Assembly (NCBI GenBank): GCA_002269645.1
Contig: NIVC01000396.1
Location: 124,001-188,000 of the forward strand
Reading direction: 5' to 3'
Source: Macrostomum lignano
Taxonomy: Eukaryota
DNA length: 64,000 nucleotides
A program made the position numbers and the translations under genes. Shown here one piece after another: positions 25,001 to 36,469 of this stretch. How positions within the stretch are numbered: position 1 is the first letter of the stretch; every line of letters begins with the position of its first letter. Below the pieces are notes generated by a model. The model was given only the letters and a program-made list of their open reading frames with translations, did not search any database and was not told where the DNA came from.

Positions 25001-26345
25001 GTCATTTAAAAAATCATAGAAGCGTCATGTAAACAATCATAGAAGCGTAATTTAAAAAATCATAGAAGCGTCATGTAAACAATCATAGAAGCGCCATGTA
25101 AACAATCATAGAAGCGTCATTTAAAAAATCATAGAAGCGTCATGTAAACAATCATAGAAGCGCCATGTAAACAATCATAGAAGCTTCATGTAAACAATCA
25201 TAGAAGCGTCATGTAAACAATCATAGAAGCGTCATGTAAAAAATCATAGAAGCGTCATGTAAACAATCATAGAAGCGTCATGTAAACAATCATAGAAGCG
25301 TCATTAAACAATCATAGAAGCGTCATGTAAAAAATCGTAGCAGCGTCATGAAAAAATCATAGAAGCGTCATTTAAAAAATCATAGAAGCGTCATGTAAAC
25401 AATCATAGAAGCGCCATGTAAACAATCATAGAAGCGTCATTAAAAAATCATAGAAGCGTCATGTAAACAATCATAGAAGCGTCATGTAAAAAATCATAGA
25501 AGCGTCATGTAAACAATCATAGAAGCGTCATGTAAACAATCATAGAAGCGTCATGTAAACAATCATAGAAGCGTCATGTAAAAAATCATAGAAGCGTCAT
25601 GTAAACAATCATAGAAGCGTCATGTAAACAATCATAGAAGCGTCATGTAAACAATCATAGAAGCGTAATTTAAAAATCATAGAAGCGTCATGTAAACAAT
25701 CATAGAAGCGCCATGTAAACAATCATAGAAGCGTCATTAAAAAATCATAGAAGCGTCATGTAAACAATCATAGAAGCGTCATGTAAACAATCATAGAAGC
25801 GTCATTAAAAAATCATAGAAGCGTCATGTAAACAATCATAGAAGCGTCATGTAAAAAATCATAGAAGCGTCATGTAAACAATCATAGAAGCGTCATGTAA
25901 ACAATCATAGAAGCGTCATGTAAACAATCATAGAAGCGTCATGTAAACAATCATAGAAGCGTCATTTAAAAATCATAGAAGCGTCATGTAAACAATCATA
26001 GAAGCGTCATGTAAACAATCATAGAAGCGTCATGTAAACAATCATAGAAGCGTAATTTAAAAAATCATAGAAGCGTCATGTAAACAATCATAGAAGCGCC
26101 ATGTAAACAATCATAGAAGCGTCATTTAAAAAATCATAGAAGCGTCATGAAAAAATCATAGAAGCGTCATGTAAACAATCATAGAAGCGTCATGTGAAAA
26201 ATCATCGAAGCGTCATCTTAAAAATCGTAGAAGCGTCATGTAAGAAATCATAGAAGCGTCATGTAAAAATCATAGAAGCGTCATGAAAAAATCATAGAAG
26301 CCTCATTTAAAAAGTAATGAAAGTGTCATTTAAAATATTAAGAAG
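22100..26345. repeat. Highly homogeneous 23-bp minisatellite (AATCATAGAAGCGTCATGTAAAC)n inside element F
   Basis: Direct reading; edges are more degenerate than the centre. Confidence 0.97.
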
Positions 26346-26744
26346 CATCATGGTAGAATAAAAGAAGCGTCATGTCAGACATGAAGGGTGTCATGTAAAA
26401 ATTAAATGAAGCTATAATGCTGTGCTGGGGAGAATTACTGAGATGTCAAGGCTCTCAGAGAATAACTTAGATTACGGGGGGGGGGTTTCTGAGATGTCAA
26501 AGCAATAGTCAGAGGCTATTTCAAAGTTCATGTACTTTACTCAATTTTTTATTGCATTCTTTGTTGGCTCGCCACGGGGGGGGCGCTGATAAAAAAGCGT
26601 AATGTAAAAAATAAAAGAAGCTTCATGTCGAAGTTAAGAGATTCATTTGGGAATCCCTACGATGTCGAGGCTTGCAGGGAATCGCTATAATGCTGTAGTA
26701 GTGCTATAATGACTCTCAGAGAGAATTACTGAAATTTCAATGCT

Positions 26745-26805
26745 TTAGGGTTAGGTTAGGGTTAGGGTTAGGCTAGGGTTAGGGTTAGGCTAGGGTTAGG
26801 GTTAG
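26745..26805 (+). repeat. Interstitial telomere-like (TTAGGG)n tract
   Basis: About 10 imperfect TTAGGG/CTAGGG/TTAGG units. Confidence 0.85.
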
Positions 26806-29800
26806 AAGGTTGACAGATATTTTTAGATTTCCAAGGCTTATTGGGGGCATTGCTGAGATGTCAATGGGGGAAGTTGATATGTTAAAGCTTGTGGGGGGGA
26901 GTTATTGACATGTCAAGGCTTACAAGGTTTGACAGGAGATTTTTTAAGATTTCAAGGAAATATGTAGCTTATTAAAAAACGTGTATTGCATTTTTTTGGC
27001 TCCCCAACGGGGGGCGTAGATTGCTAGTCCTGTATCTAAAAATCACAAAAATGCATGACACAGCTCTAATATTTGGTTTTATGAATCTATTTTATCATCT
27101 GTGTTACGACTATTTGCTATACAGTCAGGTAAGAAGGATAAAATAGACTCATAAAATCAAAGAGCCAAGCCGTGGCATTCTAATGTATTTCAAGCACAAG
27201 ACACATGAAAATATACGTAGAATAAAAAATTAACATAGAATCCTAATTTTCTGAACGGAAAGCTTTATAAATATCGATAAAGCAATAAAAAAGACTAAAG
27301 GCTCTATAGTCAATACTTGGTAGGTATGTGAACTTGTATTGTTGTAATTATTTTTACTTAATTTTAATTTAATGATGATTGATGTAACTGATATAATATG
27401 ATTATTGTTCCATTGAATTTGATCTTTATTTTGACATAATAGTCCAAATTAATTATTGATTGATTGATACATTAATTGTGCATTATTTTCCCTAGTAAAC
27501 ACTGGGTTCCTAATGTTAATTGGCCTATAATGTTGATTTATAAAGTTCTCTTGAAATTTTTAGGTATTTTAGCTAGAGAAGTTAGTAGAAGTGCTTGCTA
27601 TATAATCAAGTTTCCTAATAGGCAACATTTTTTTAGAAACAAGTGATATCTAGGATATAGAAGAAAAAATGAACATTGCCTCTATAAGTACCTGGCACTT
27701 AGAAATAGATTTTTTTAATATAATATAATTGTTTAAAAATAGGTTTATTTCATTTAATTCTAATTAGTATTTAAGAATAATTATAGAAGCCAAGATAATA
27801 GCTAGTATCTACTTTATAAGTCTTAGGTAAGTAGGTTATGACTCATTATTAGTTACTTTTAGATTATTGAAAACCCAGTAGTATTATGCATATGCAAGTG
27901 CCATTTAATACTATGGAAATAATCCCAAGTCTCCATGTAGGCTCTAAATAATAAGGTAAAATATTGCTTTTTTCAATGCATATTTATATATTAGTATATT
28001 TATATTTTAGTTGCCATGCATTATATAGTGATAAACATAGCAATAAAACATATGAATGGTATATTAATTTAAATTCCACTTGGCACTTCTTTACCTTTAT
28101 TCAACTCCCTTTATTCATTTACTAATAAAGCTGAAAATCACTTGTAGGTAAGATTCCCATTTGATTAAATTCCCCTATAAATATAATTGCTAGAAAATGC
28201 TGCTACAATAAAACGCAGCAACATATGTGATTGCAAATGCTAACATTAGACTTTGTATGTCATTAGTTACTGGTATATATGAAGTGAGCTAGGTTTATAG
28301 TATACATGCTTTTGAAACAGCTGTTAGAGAGTTTCAGTATACAAAAGGTGCAGCAACTTAAATAAGAGTGCAACAAATAACAAACATATAATAGTGCAAT
28401 AGTAAATATAGGGGACACAAATGAGGCACTGCTCTGCTCTGAATTAGCTATTTGATTCTCAAGCAATCTTGAGCAAATTATTGAATTTTTGCTTTTTTAG
28501 TAGACAATTGTAGTTTCAATGTCTCTTGTATCCTACAGCCTTATTCCTTGTGTCTTATGCAGTACTAGATTCTAAAGTGCATGTTCTGATATTTATATTT
28601 TATCATTGCACCCTGAAGGTAAGCAGTCAATCAATTTAAGGTGGTGCAGTCAAGTTGTATTACTTACTGCTGATAACTGTACAGTATATTGCAAAAATTT
28701 GCAGCATAGCTAAATCTGCAAAACTTGAAAAGTTCACTTGAAAATGCAGCCACCATCTTTACTTGTCATCTGAAATACAAAACTCAAATGTTTCAATATT
28801 TTAAGTGGCAAGTTTAAAAGCATGATTTACCTAATATACCCAAAGTGATAACCAACTTTCTCTCTATGTGCAACATGGCCTGCATGAGCTTTCATCAAGG
28901 AACTCTATAAAAACTATTTTATAATCCCAAAATAGACATACTAGTTCTACTTTGAATAGATACTATACACACTAATAATAGATTAACCTTTTTTACTTAG
29001 TGTCAATTTCATTCTAGATTACATATTGCACTTAATTGAACAATTTAATTGATACTTCTTGCTATGATTCTTTTTAAAAGCTCTGCTTTAGCATTCTAAC
29101 CTTGCCTTAAATCACCAAGATTTTTAAATCTCCTAGTCTCTAATCCCTAGGATACCTTGCTACTGCAGCCATGTATAAGACCTTAATTTTCAGGTATTCT
29201 TATAAGCACTGCCTTGAAATTTTGACCTTCAATGACATTCTCATCAAGCATTGTCAGCAGCCTACTCCTAAGAAGCTTCTGTATTGTCATCAAGCCTACA
29301 CATATAACATCTAGATATTTCAGATATGTATAGAAATTACTTGATTTTCTGTTATTACTACCTTCTGATGCAGCAGAAGGATGATCTGCTAGTTGCTCAA
29401 AGATAGAAGCAGCCCTGAAGCACTGCAGGGTACTCTCAACCAGGGGCTTTTTTATAGGAAATGCCTTGGAGTAAGTAGCAAGGAAGACAATGATGCCATG
29501 TATCCTTGCATGAAGGAGGGTAGATATTAGAATATTTCTTCAAAGCTGCTTAGCTTCTTGGCCATGTCGTCTGCTATGCCAATAAAAAAGACTTGCCCAT
29601 CCTGCTTTAATTTCAACCATGGCTAACTCCTCCATTATGCAGTGCCTTAGGTGGTAGAGTCAAAAAGATGCCATTTTTGGCAGTTCTAAATCAGTAAAGC
29701 TGCTTAGCTATGCCTCTCTAAAGCCACTCAACTCTAGGTTGAGATAATCCTCCAGCCTCAGCAAAGAGATAGAGGCAAGTTGATTTGGGTTAAACCTGGC

Positions 29801-29980
29801 AATTGCCCTCAGGCTCTTCTGACATAGTTATTTTTTGCAGCTTGGAAGCTATTGGCTATTCTTTGGCCTCTTTTGGTGGCAACATGCTCAATGAGGAATT
29901 GCCTCTCTGTAGCATGCTATGCTAGCATTCAAATAGTTTCTTCTTTGGCAGATATGTGGTAAAAGCCAGAGCAAAAGTCC

Positions 29981-30235
29981 CATACATGCGCAACTGCTGG
30001 CCGACCTGGCCAATCTGGCCACCATAAATTGTGGTGGACTAGGGGTAAGTCGCAAAAATGCCCAGCCTAAAGAATACTAATTAGATGACGAGGCATTTAG
30101 CCCTTATAAGACAGTCATAATTACTCCTGCCGTTTACCCAAAATTGCGTTAGGGTTTCTTTCACAGGTAAGTTGCATTTTTGGTCAAAAAGTAAGTCGCA
30201 TGGCCAGTGTAAATCAGGGGGGTTGCGCATGTATG
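29981..30235. mobile_element. 255-bp MITE (hAT- or P-type, 8-bp TSD)
   Basis: Perfect 14-bp TIR CATACATGCGCAAC; perfect TSD AAAAGTCC at 29973-29980 and 30236-30243. Confidence 0.85.
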
Positions 30236-31299
30236 AAAAGTCCTGTTAGAACTATTCAATCCAGCTAGCCATATCAGCTTCAAAGTCCTCTACTATAGCT
30301 AAATTGTTGACATTGGTATTAACAATAAGGAAATATAGTACTTAGAAATAAAATATATATTTAAATATGCTTACTTGGAAAAGAGCTCAATGCTGCAATA
30401 GTAGCAACTACTTTTTCATACCAGCTGATGGGCCTTGTAGCATTGCTTCAGTCAAGCAAGCAGCCAGATATGTGATTTTAAGATATGTAACAATGAAAGC
30501 ATACACAATTATTGCTGCAGCAACTTCAACTGTGTAGTTGATTTTTGTCAAAGGGCATAAGGATCCATTTTTGTATGCAGAGTGTATGCTGCCAACAAAA
30601 ATTGAAGAACTTACAAAATTGTTGTAATCTAATAATTGTCAAAAACTATCAGAATTAGGGATATCAATGTTTTAGATGTTCTGTGGCCAATTCTGCATTT
30701 GCTTGTGCTGCATTCCTACAAATTCAGCAACCCTTTCTAAAAGTTAAACCAAAACTTTAAAATGAGAGAAAAGTTTCTAGACTAGCATTGTCTAAAGTAT
30801 AATTTGTTGCAACAGTATTTTCTAATGAAAAAGTTACAGCTGACAGCTTTATGCTAGCATAGGATCTGTCTATAGCAATATTGTTTCAGCAGCAATAATA
30901 GTAACAATAGTAGAGACTGCAGTTATATTAGCTGCAAAAATCTGTATAACTAAGCTATAAAAATCAGGGGCATATAGGCAATATTAAATGCATGGCAATA
31001 TGTAGTTAAAATTGCTGCTGCTATCTTTGCAGCCAATTTTACAAAGCTAAATTAGCTGCTAGATAAGAGCTAAAATCTGCTAGCTCCTAGCTTCATGAAA
31101 TTGTCCAAGGGCTAGTGCCATTGTTATAATTGACAAAAAATCATACACTATCAGGATTTACATACCTTGCAATGGCAAATTACTATCAATATAGCCTGGC
31201 AACTGGCCACTTAGCAAAATTAAGGCAGAATGAGGCTTGGCAATTGCAATTGATAACAATCACCTAAGAAAAGACAATGTACTGTTTGATGCTCAAATA

Positions 31300-32140
31300 T
31301 TATTCACTAGTGCTTTGGATTTGCTCCATATTGACATAGGATATAAGATGGTTCAGAAAATCAATGCAACTAGACTGTGCTATTTCCTTCATTTGTGAGC
31401 CAAAGTGCCTTAGCAGGCTCTATGGACATTCATTGTCTATCAGTTGTCTATCAGTTGGCCCTCATTGTCTATTAGTCCAACTCTATCTTGGAAATGGATG
31501 TTGCAGTCCAATTGGCATTTCCATATATGTCTATAGGTGTCAAACTTTGGGACAACAAACTGCAGCTGCTGGTTTGCAAAGGTGGCTTGCAGCTTACAAG
31601 CAGCATCATAGGAGATGACAAACTTCTTTGCCATGCAGGAAGCAGCTGTACTGCGCACTACTGTAGCACTATAATGCAAACTGAAATTAATTAGAAATTA
31701 TGGCATTATATGCTATTTTAAGGTCAGAAAGTCAATGAAATGTGATATACAATACTGTGGTGTTAATAACTAGTGGTTTTCTTTTCATGATATGTACTGC
31801 ATACACATTGCATAGCAATTGCCATACCTCTCTGGAGTGATGACATCCATTAAAGATTGTACTTTCAAGGCTAGTTTTGAGACACTCTGCATATGCATCT
31901 AACAAATGACAGGAAGTGCACTGCTAGCTTATATCACCAGTTTTACTATAATGCATACACCTTACAATGAGAACAAAAATGTAATGAAAGGAGTCTTTAG
32001 GTGATCCTTTTTTATTGCCAATCTTCTATGTCTAGTATTCTTTCATTGAATTTGCTGAGCAGTGGCACTTCTTGATTGGGAAAACTTGGTGTAGCTTCTT
32101 GCAATTGGTGTGGCTGCTTGGTGCAATTGCTTCTAAAAGT
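31300..32140 (-). pseudogene. Degenerate KDZ (Kyakuja-Dileera-Zisupton) transposase remnant
   Basis: ISYDAACKL...FVVPKFDTYRH..KCQL...VGLIDNEG, then ECP*SLLRHFGSQMKEI...IDFLNHL; an upstream CxC-like KKCHC..GSP. Many stops. Confidence 0.65.
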
Positions 32141-33183
32141 GTATTTTAAGTGAAAGAGAATAATGAAACAATCCATACATGAGTGCATATGTGCACACTA
32201 TATATGTATAAACCTATTCAATTCCAATAGTTTAGAATCTAAATTTCTACTAAGCCAGAATAGGTGGAGGCCAATGCTCTATCCCATGAAGCATAGTGAT
32301 CACTCTACTAATAGGTCCACCCAGTAGGTCATCATTGCCAAAAAATCTAGGCACAGTGCATCGCCATATGGGTAATAGCAAGGACTGCTCAAGTAGAAGG
32401 ACATTACACTCCAGTTATTGTATAAATTTTTTTGGTGGCCAATTTTTTAAAGTGCTGTAACTTTTTAAGTATTGCATATAGAGGGCTAATTATTTTGCTG
32501 ATTTGTTCAGAATTTATTCCACTTTAAAATAATGCTACATTTACAGTTGTATCTATACAAGGACGGAAGCAAAATACAGTAAAGTATATGTACCTTATTA
32601 TTTATTATAAAAGCTAAATTTATAATTTAAGCACGCTTTCTGATTTTTAGTTACTAGGAGCGTATAAACATGTAGTAGCTAGCTACATCCAAGGCATAAA
32701 GTGATTAAAGAGCAAAGATACATGCATCCAATGGCCATTGGCTTGACACGGGAGGCTCTAGCAAAGACTGACGAATGACATTATAAAAAGGGAAAATTCT
32801 TGATGCTGCAGCAGCTAAATGTCAAAACCTTAAAGCAAAAAAAAAAACAAAATAAAAGATTTAGAGTGTAGATTGACAATCAGTCACAACTAAACTTGAA
32901 ACTAAACAAGGATGAAAGGGTATATAACCATAAACCATTGGAAGGCTAACAAGACATGGTAACAAGAACTGGACTAATTTAGCCCTCACCCTAGTAAATG
33001 TGCAGTAAATGAAGAAAATCTGCACAAAGGTACAATAAAACAATTTGTGTTATAAAAAGGTACCACCTGCGATGTCATGACGATTTAGTTTTTAGCTGAT
33101 GACTACTACAAGGAGCCAACTTAGCCCGAAGGCACAAGCTTTTGCAGATGCCTACAACTGGTTTCGGACTGGCGTCCAGCAGG

Positions 33184-35985
33184 CTAAGACTTCCATCGCA
33201 CAACACCTCCAAAGTATGTATTCGCCAGTCGCCTGGCCACGCAATTCTTTTGGTCTGCCTGTAGATTGATGTCTAGAAACGCTTCAAAAATGGCTAGAAA
33301 AGCAGACATGCAATAGTTGATGCAGTGAGACTTTGCAGCACCAAAGAATGCGTAGCAAAAGCGAGCGAATGCCACCATCCACTCTGGAGGGTGGCAAAGC
33401 TTCCCTTGTGAGAGAAACAAAGTAAATTCGCTGCCGGCAGATAGTTGGCAATTTTCAGGATTTAGCCTAACCAGATGCTCTTAAATGGTAACATATCTGC
33501 TAATGAAATATAGTGCTGCTGACTCCGCATCACTCAAGCTGTCAGAAAGCTGTGGGAGATTGTCAAGGATCTTCTGGTCTCTCTTGGAAACCACAGCAGA
33601 GCAGCAGGCTGACAGCTGATGGTCGTCAGTGAGAGTAATGTGATGCAAATGCCTGTAAAACTGCATTCGATGTAGGCATGCAGTGGCCAAAATCTGATCA
33701 ACCAAAATATAATAGCAGCTGCCATGACCTTGTTGGTACACAGAGAACTCTCCCTCGAGTTGGTCAGTCTGCAGTTTGCCTGGAAAGAATAAATAAATTT
33801 TGCAGATAAGGATTATAAATGCATGTCTCACTTTTATAATCTTATATGCACCGAGCAACACATATGAAAATCCTTGCTTGTCAATAGGTGCCTGCACAAA
33901 TTGGCTAATCCATTTGCCATCGGACAGCCTTGCGCATCTTGGTGGTCAGTGATTTAGCGCGACTGGCTCCTCTTCCACCTGGCATGCGGTCCATAATAGC
34001 AGCAAAACTGAGTAGCTCCTGGATTCCATGCGAGTTGATGCTATTGATTGGAGCTCATCGATAGTCATTCAGTCTGACATGCACTTCAGGTGACTTGACA
34101 TTAAGGATAGTTCAGAAGTTGATGAACTTCTCTACAAACTCTGCTATTTCATTGTAACCATTCAGCTAAAGAGCCACAACTGTTTTGTCATGGGAGATGT
34201 CTAGCACAAGGGACACTTTCTGTCTCTCGAGAGGTGAAGAGTGATACGCAACTGGATTAAGTGGCATCAACCTCGATTTTCACAAGGTCGCTCCACTTAG
34301 CTCGCTTGACTGCACCTCTGACCACTGGCTCAAATTCAATCTCGCCTGCGTACTGTATTAGCCAGTTGTTCCTAACGTTCTTCAATAGGTGTACAGGATT
34401 GTACAGCAAGTACAATGGTTGATCTAGCTGGATTCTTAGCAATCCATGGAGCAGTAGAATCTTCTGCTGCAGTTGCTTAAAGTAGTTGTGGTTCATGAAA
34501 TAGTTATCGCATATAATGCTAACAACTGAGCCCCCATTCTCATGTAGTAGGTGAATGAGACGCACTACCTGGTCATGCAGGAAGGTTGACTGTAGGCTAT
34601 ATATTGGAATTAGTCTGGCAACATATGCCTGACCACCCATAAATGGCTTGACCATCAAGGCCAAAACAGTTTGTGCAAGTTGCTATGGTTCATCCTCTGT
34701 ATACCCGATAGACTGCCAATGTGTCGCTTGAGAGTAGCTGGATAAGGCAAACAGGCATATTGCCACATGGTTCCATATGCTACCCTGCCAGAAAAATTGA
34801 GATTGGCTGCAGCTAAGACGTTGCCAAAAGTGGATCAGACTCCATTTGTATTTGGTAAGCTTAGCTTTAACTGTCTCAATAGAAATGCTTGTCAAGGATT
34901 GTTGACTAGATCACAAGCGGCCTGCAAAGTCTAAATGCTTGTCTAATTCAACAGACTGTACAACTTGTACATGCTTCACTCTGTTCAGCATAGCTTCCAA
35001 CTGGCTGAACTGCTCAAGTTGGTTTTGAAAACCCAATAGATCTATGATGTGCACTGATGTATTGCATCAGTGAGCGACTGCTGTTAGGTTGCTTCTTATG
35101 GAAACATAGGCATCCGCAGTTCGATCAGTAACTTTCAGCAGGTTCACATGGTCCGACTCTTGCTGCACCAGCCATCCATCAGTAGAAATGCAGTTCATTT
35201 TACTAACATGCTCAGTGAACATCTGCCACAAACTAATGCGGTCATGTGCATTAAACTCTTCTAGTTCATCTAGGATTGCAGCTCGCTCATTTAAAAGCAT
35301 GCAACATTGGGACACATCCCTTGATTTCCCTAAAAAGTTCAATGATATCAAAATATTACTTTTTTAATCTAAGTATTACTTTGGCTAAAGCCAAAGGGAC
35401 GTCGGAAATCTCACTTGGTACAGTTTGATGCAATGTGCTAGGTGCAACAGATGGGAATATACTTGGTGGATCAACAGGCCATAGAAAGTGCTTCACTTTC
35501 ACTATCCTTGCATTTTTAGGCCAATACTTGACACAAATCCTTGTCAAGTTTGTTATACTCTGTGGAAAATAAGTATAATATTGACATTATAATGTAAAGA
35601 ACAAGCATGGAAAGGTTTTAATGCACAAAAAATATCTACCTTAACTGTGGTAGGCAAGGCTTTTTTCCATGCTTCATAGTCAGCTGTAGACTTTGGGAAA
35701 CTATAAACAGTAACTTTAGGCCCAGTAAGGTAGTTTCCTTTGCAGCCAAGAATGTAGCACTTCAATGGTATAAACACTAGCTAGAATTAGGTTTATGACA
35801 AATTTAAACAAATGTTTCTTTTAATAGATAACAGTTTTAGGGCAATAGCCTAAGTAATAATAGAACAAAAATAATAATTTATATAATAATAATAAATACA
35901 CTCATAAAATGTAGTTTCCTTTGCAGTCAGGAATGCAGCACTTCAATGGCATGAACACTAGCTAGAATTAGGTTTATGAAAAATG
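33184..35985 (-). pseudogene. Degenerate THAP-domain P-element-type transposase
   Basis: THAP (KC..GCKGNY...YSFP...W...ACSLHY, PPSIFP); LAQTVLALMV; SIICDN..N; YNPVHLLKNVRNNWL; QTDQLEGEFSVYQQ..G..YYI. Fragmented across frames; no TIRs found. Confidence 0.8.
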
Positions 35986-36469
35986 TAAAAAATAAGTAGG
36001 TAAGTATACTTAACCTACCTAGTCAATATAGTCATAGCTATTCATATTCCTAGCCAAGATAAGACCAATACTTAAAGCTAATATTTGCAATAAGAGTAAA
36101 AACAAATATTATGCCTCTGCCTCTGCCATGCCTCTTTGTATTCATTTTAAGTATATTAGTGAAAGAAAAAACTTTTGGTGGCTCCTTTCTCTTTGTCTAT
36201 CATTACAAAAAGAGTAAACTTTTCTAATTAATTTTTACTGAAGAAAAAGTCATAAAAAGAGCTTAAATGCAAATGGCATGGACCCAGTCGAATTAAAAAG
36301 TAATACAATATGATGTTTGTGTTCACATATTGATGGGACTTTTTAAGGCAAGGCTGCAATCAAGCACAGCAGTTAATTTAGGATGAAAAATGTGAAAATT
36401 TCCTATCTTGTCAATGCATTTTATGGTGAAAATTGGCCATGTAAAAATTTCCATGAAAGCTGAGTGTAA

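Larger units (their letters stand above)
21501..27027 (+). mobile_element. Non-autonomous Helitron-like element F (A/B family)
   Basis: Starts TATATACTAAAAATG directly after E; body matches A and B; 4.2-kb 23-bp array; 3' hairpin GCTCCCCAACGGGGGGC then GTAGATTGCTAG|T at 27027. Confidence 0.75.

Noticed and set aside
22100-26345. 23-bp repeat array as a possible CRISPR
   Set aside because: Units are contiguous with no unique spacers, there are no cas genes, and the context is eukaryotic.
26745-26805. True telomere or chromosome-fusion scar
   Set aside because: Short, imperfect, single-orientation tract inside a Helitron-like element.
27028-27050. TCCTGTATCTAAAAATC as the 5' end of a seventh Helitron
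   Set aside because: Resembles the family 5' motif, but no matching body or 3' hairpin follows.
27300-29950. Host gene in the AT-rich stretch
   Set aside because: Only short ORFs with no recognisable motif; part looks like decayed coding DNA but I could not assign it.
32700-36140. Terminal inverted repeats for the THAP/P element
   Set aside because: A candidate CATGGCAGAGG end near 36130 has no partner at the other side.
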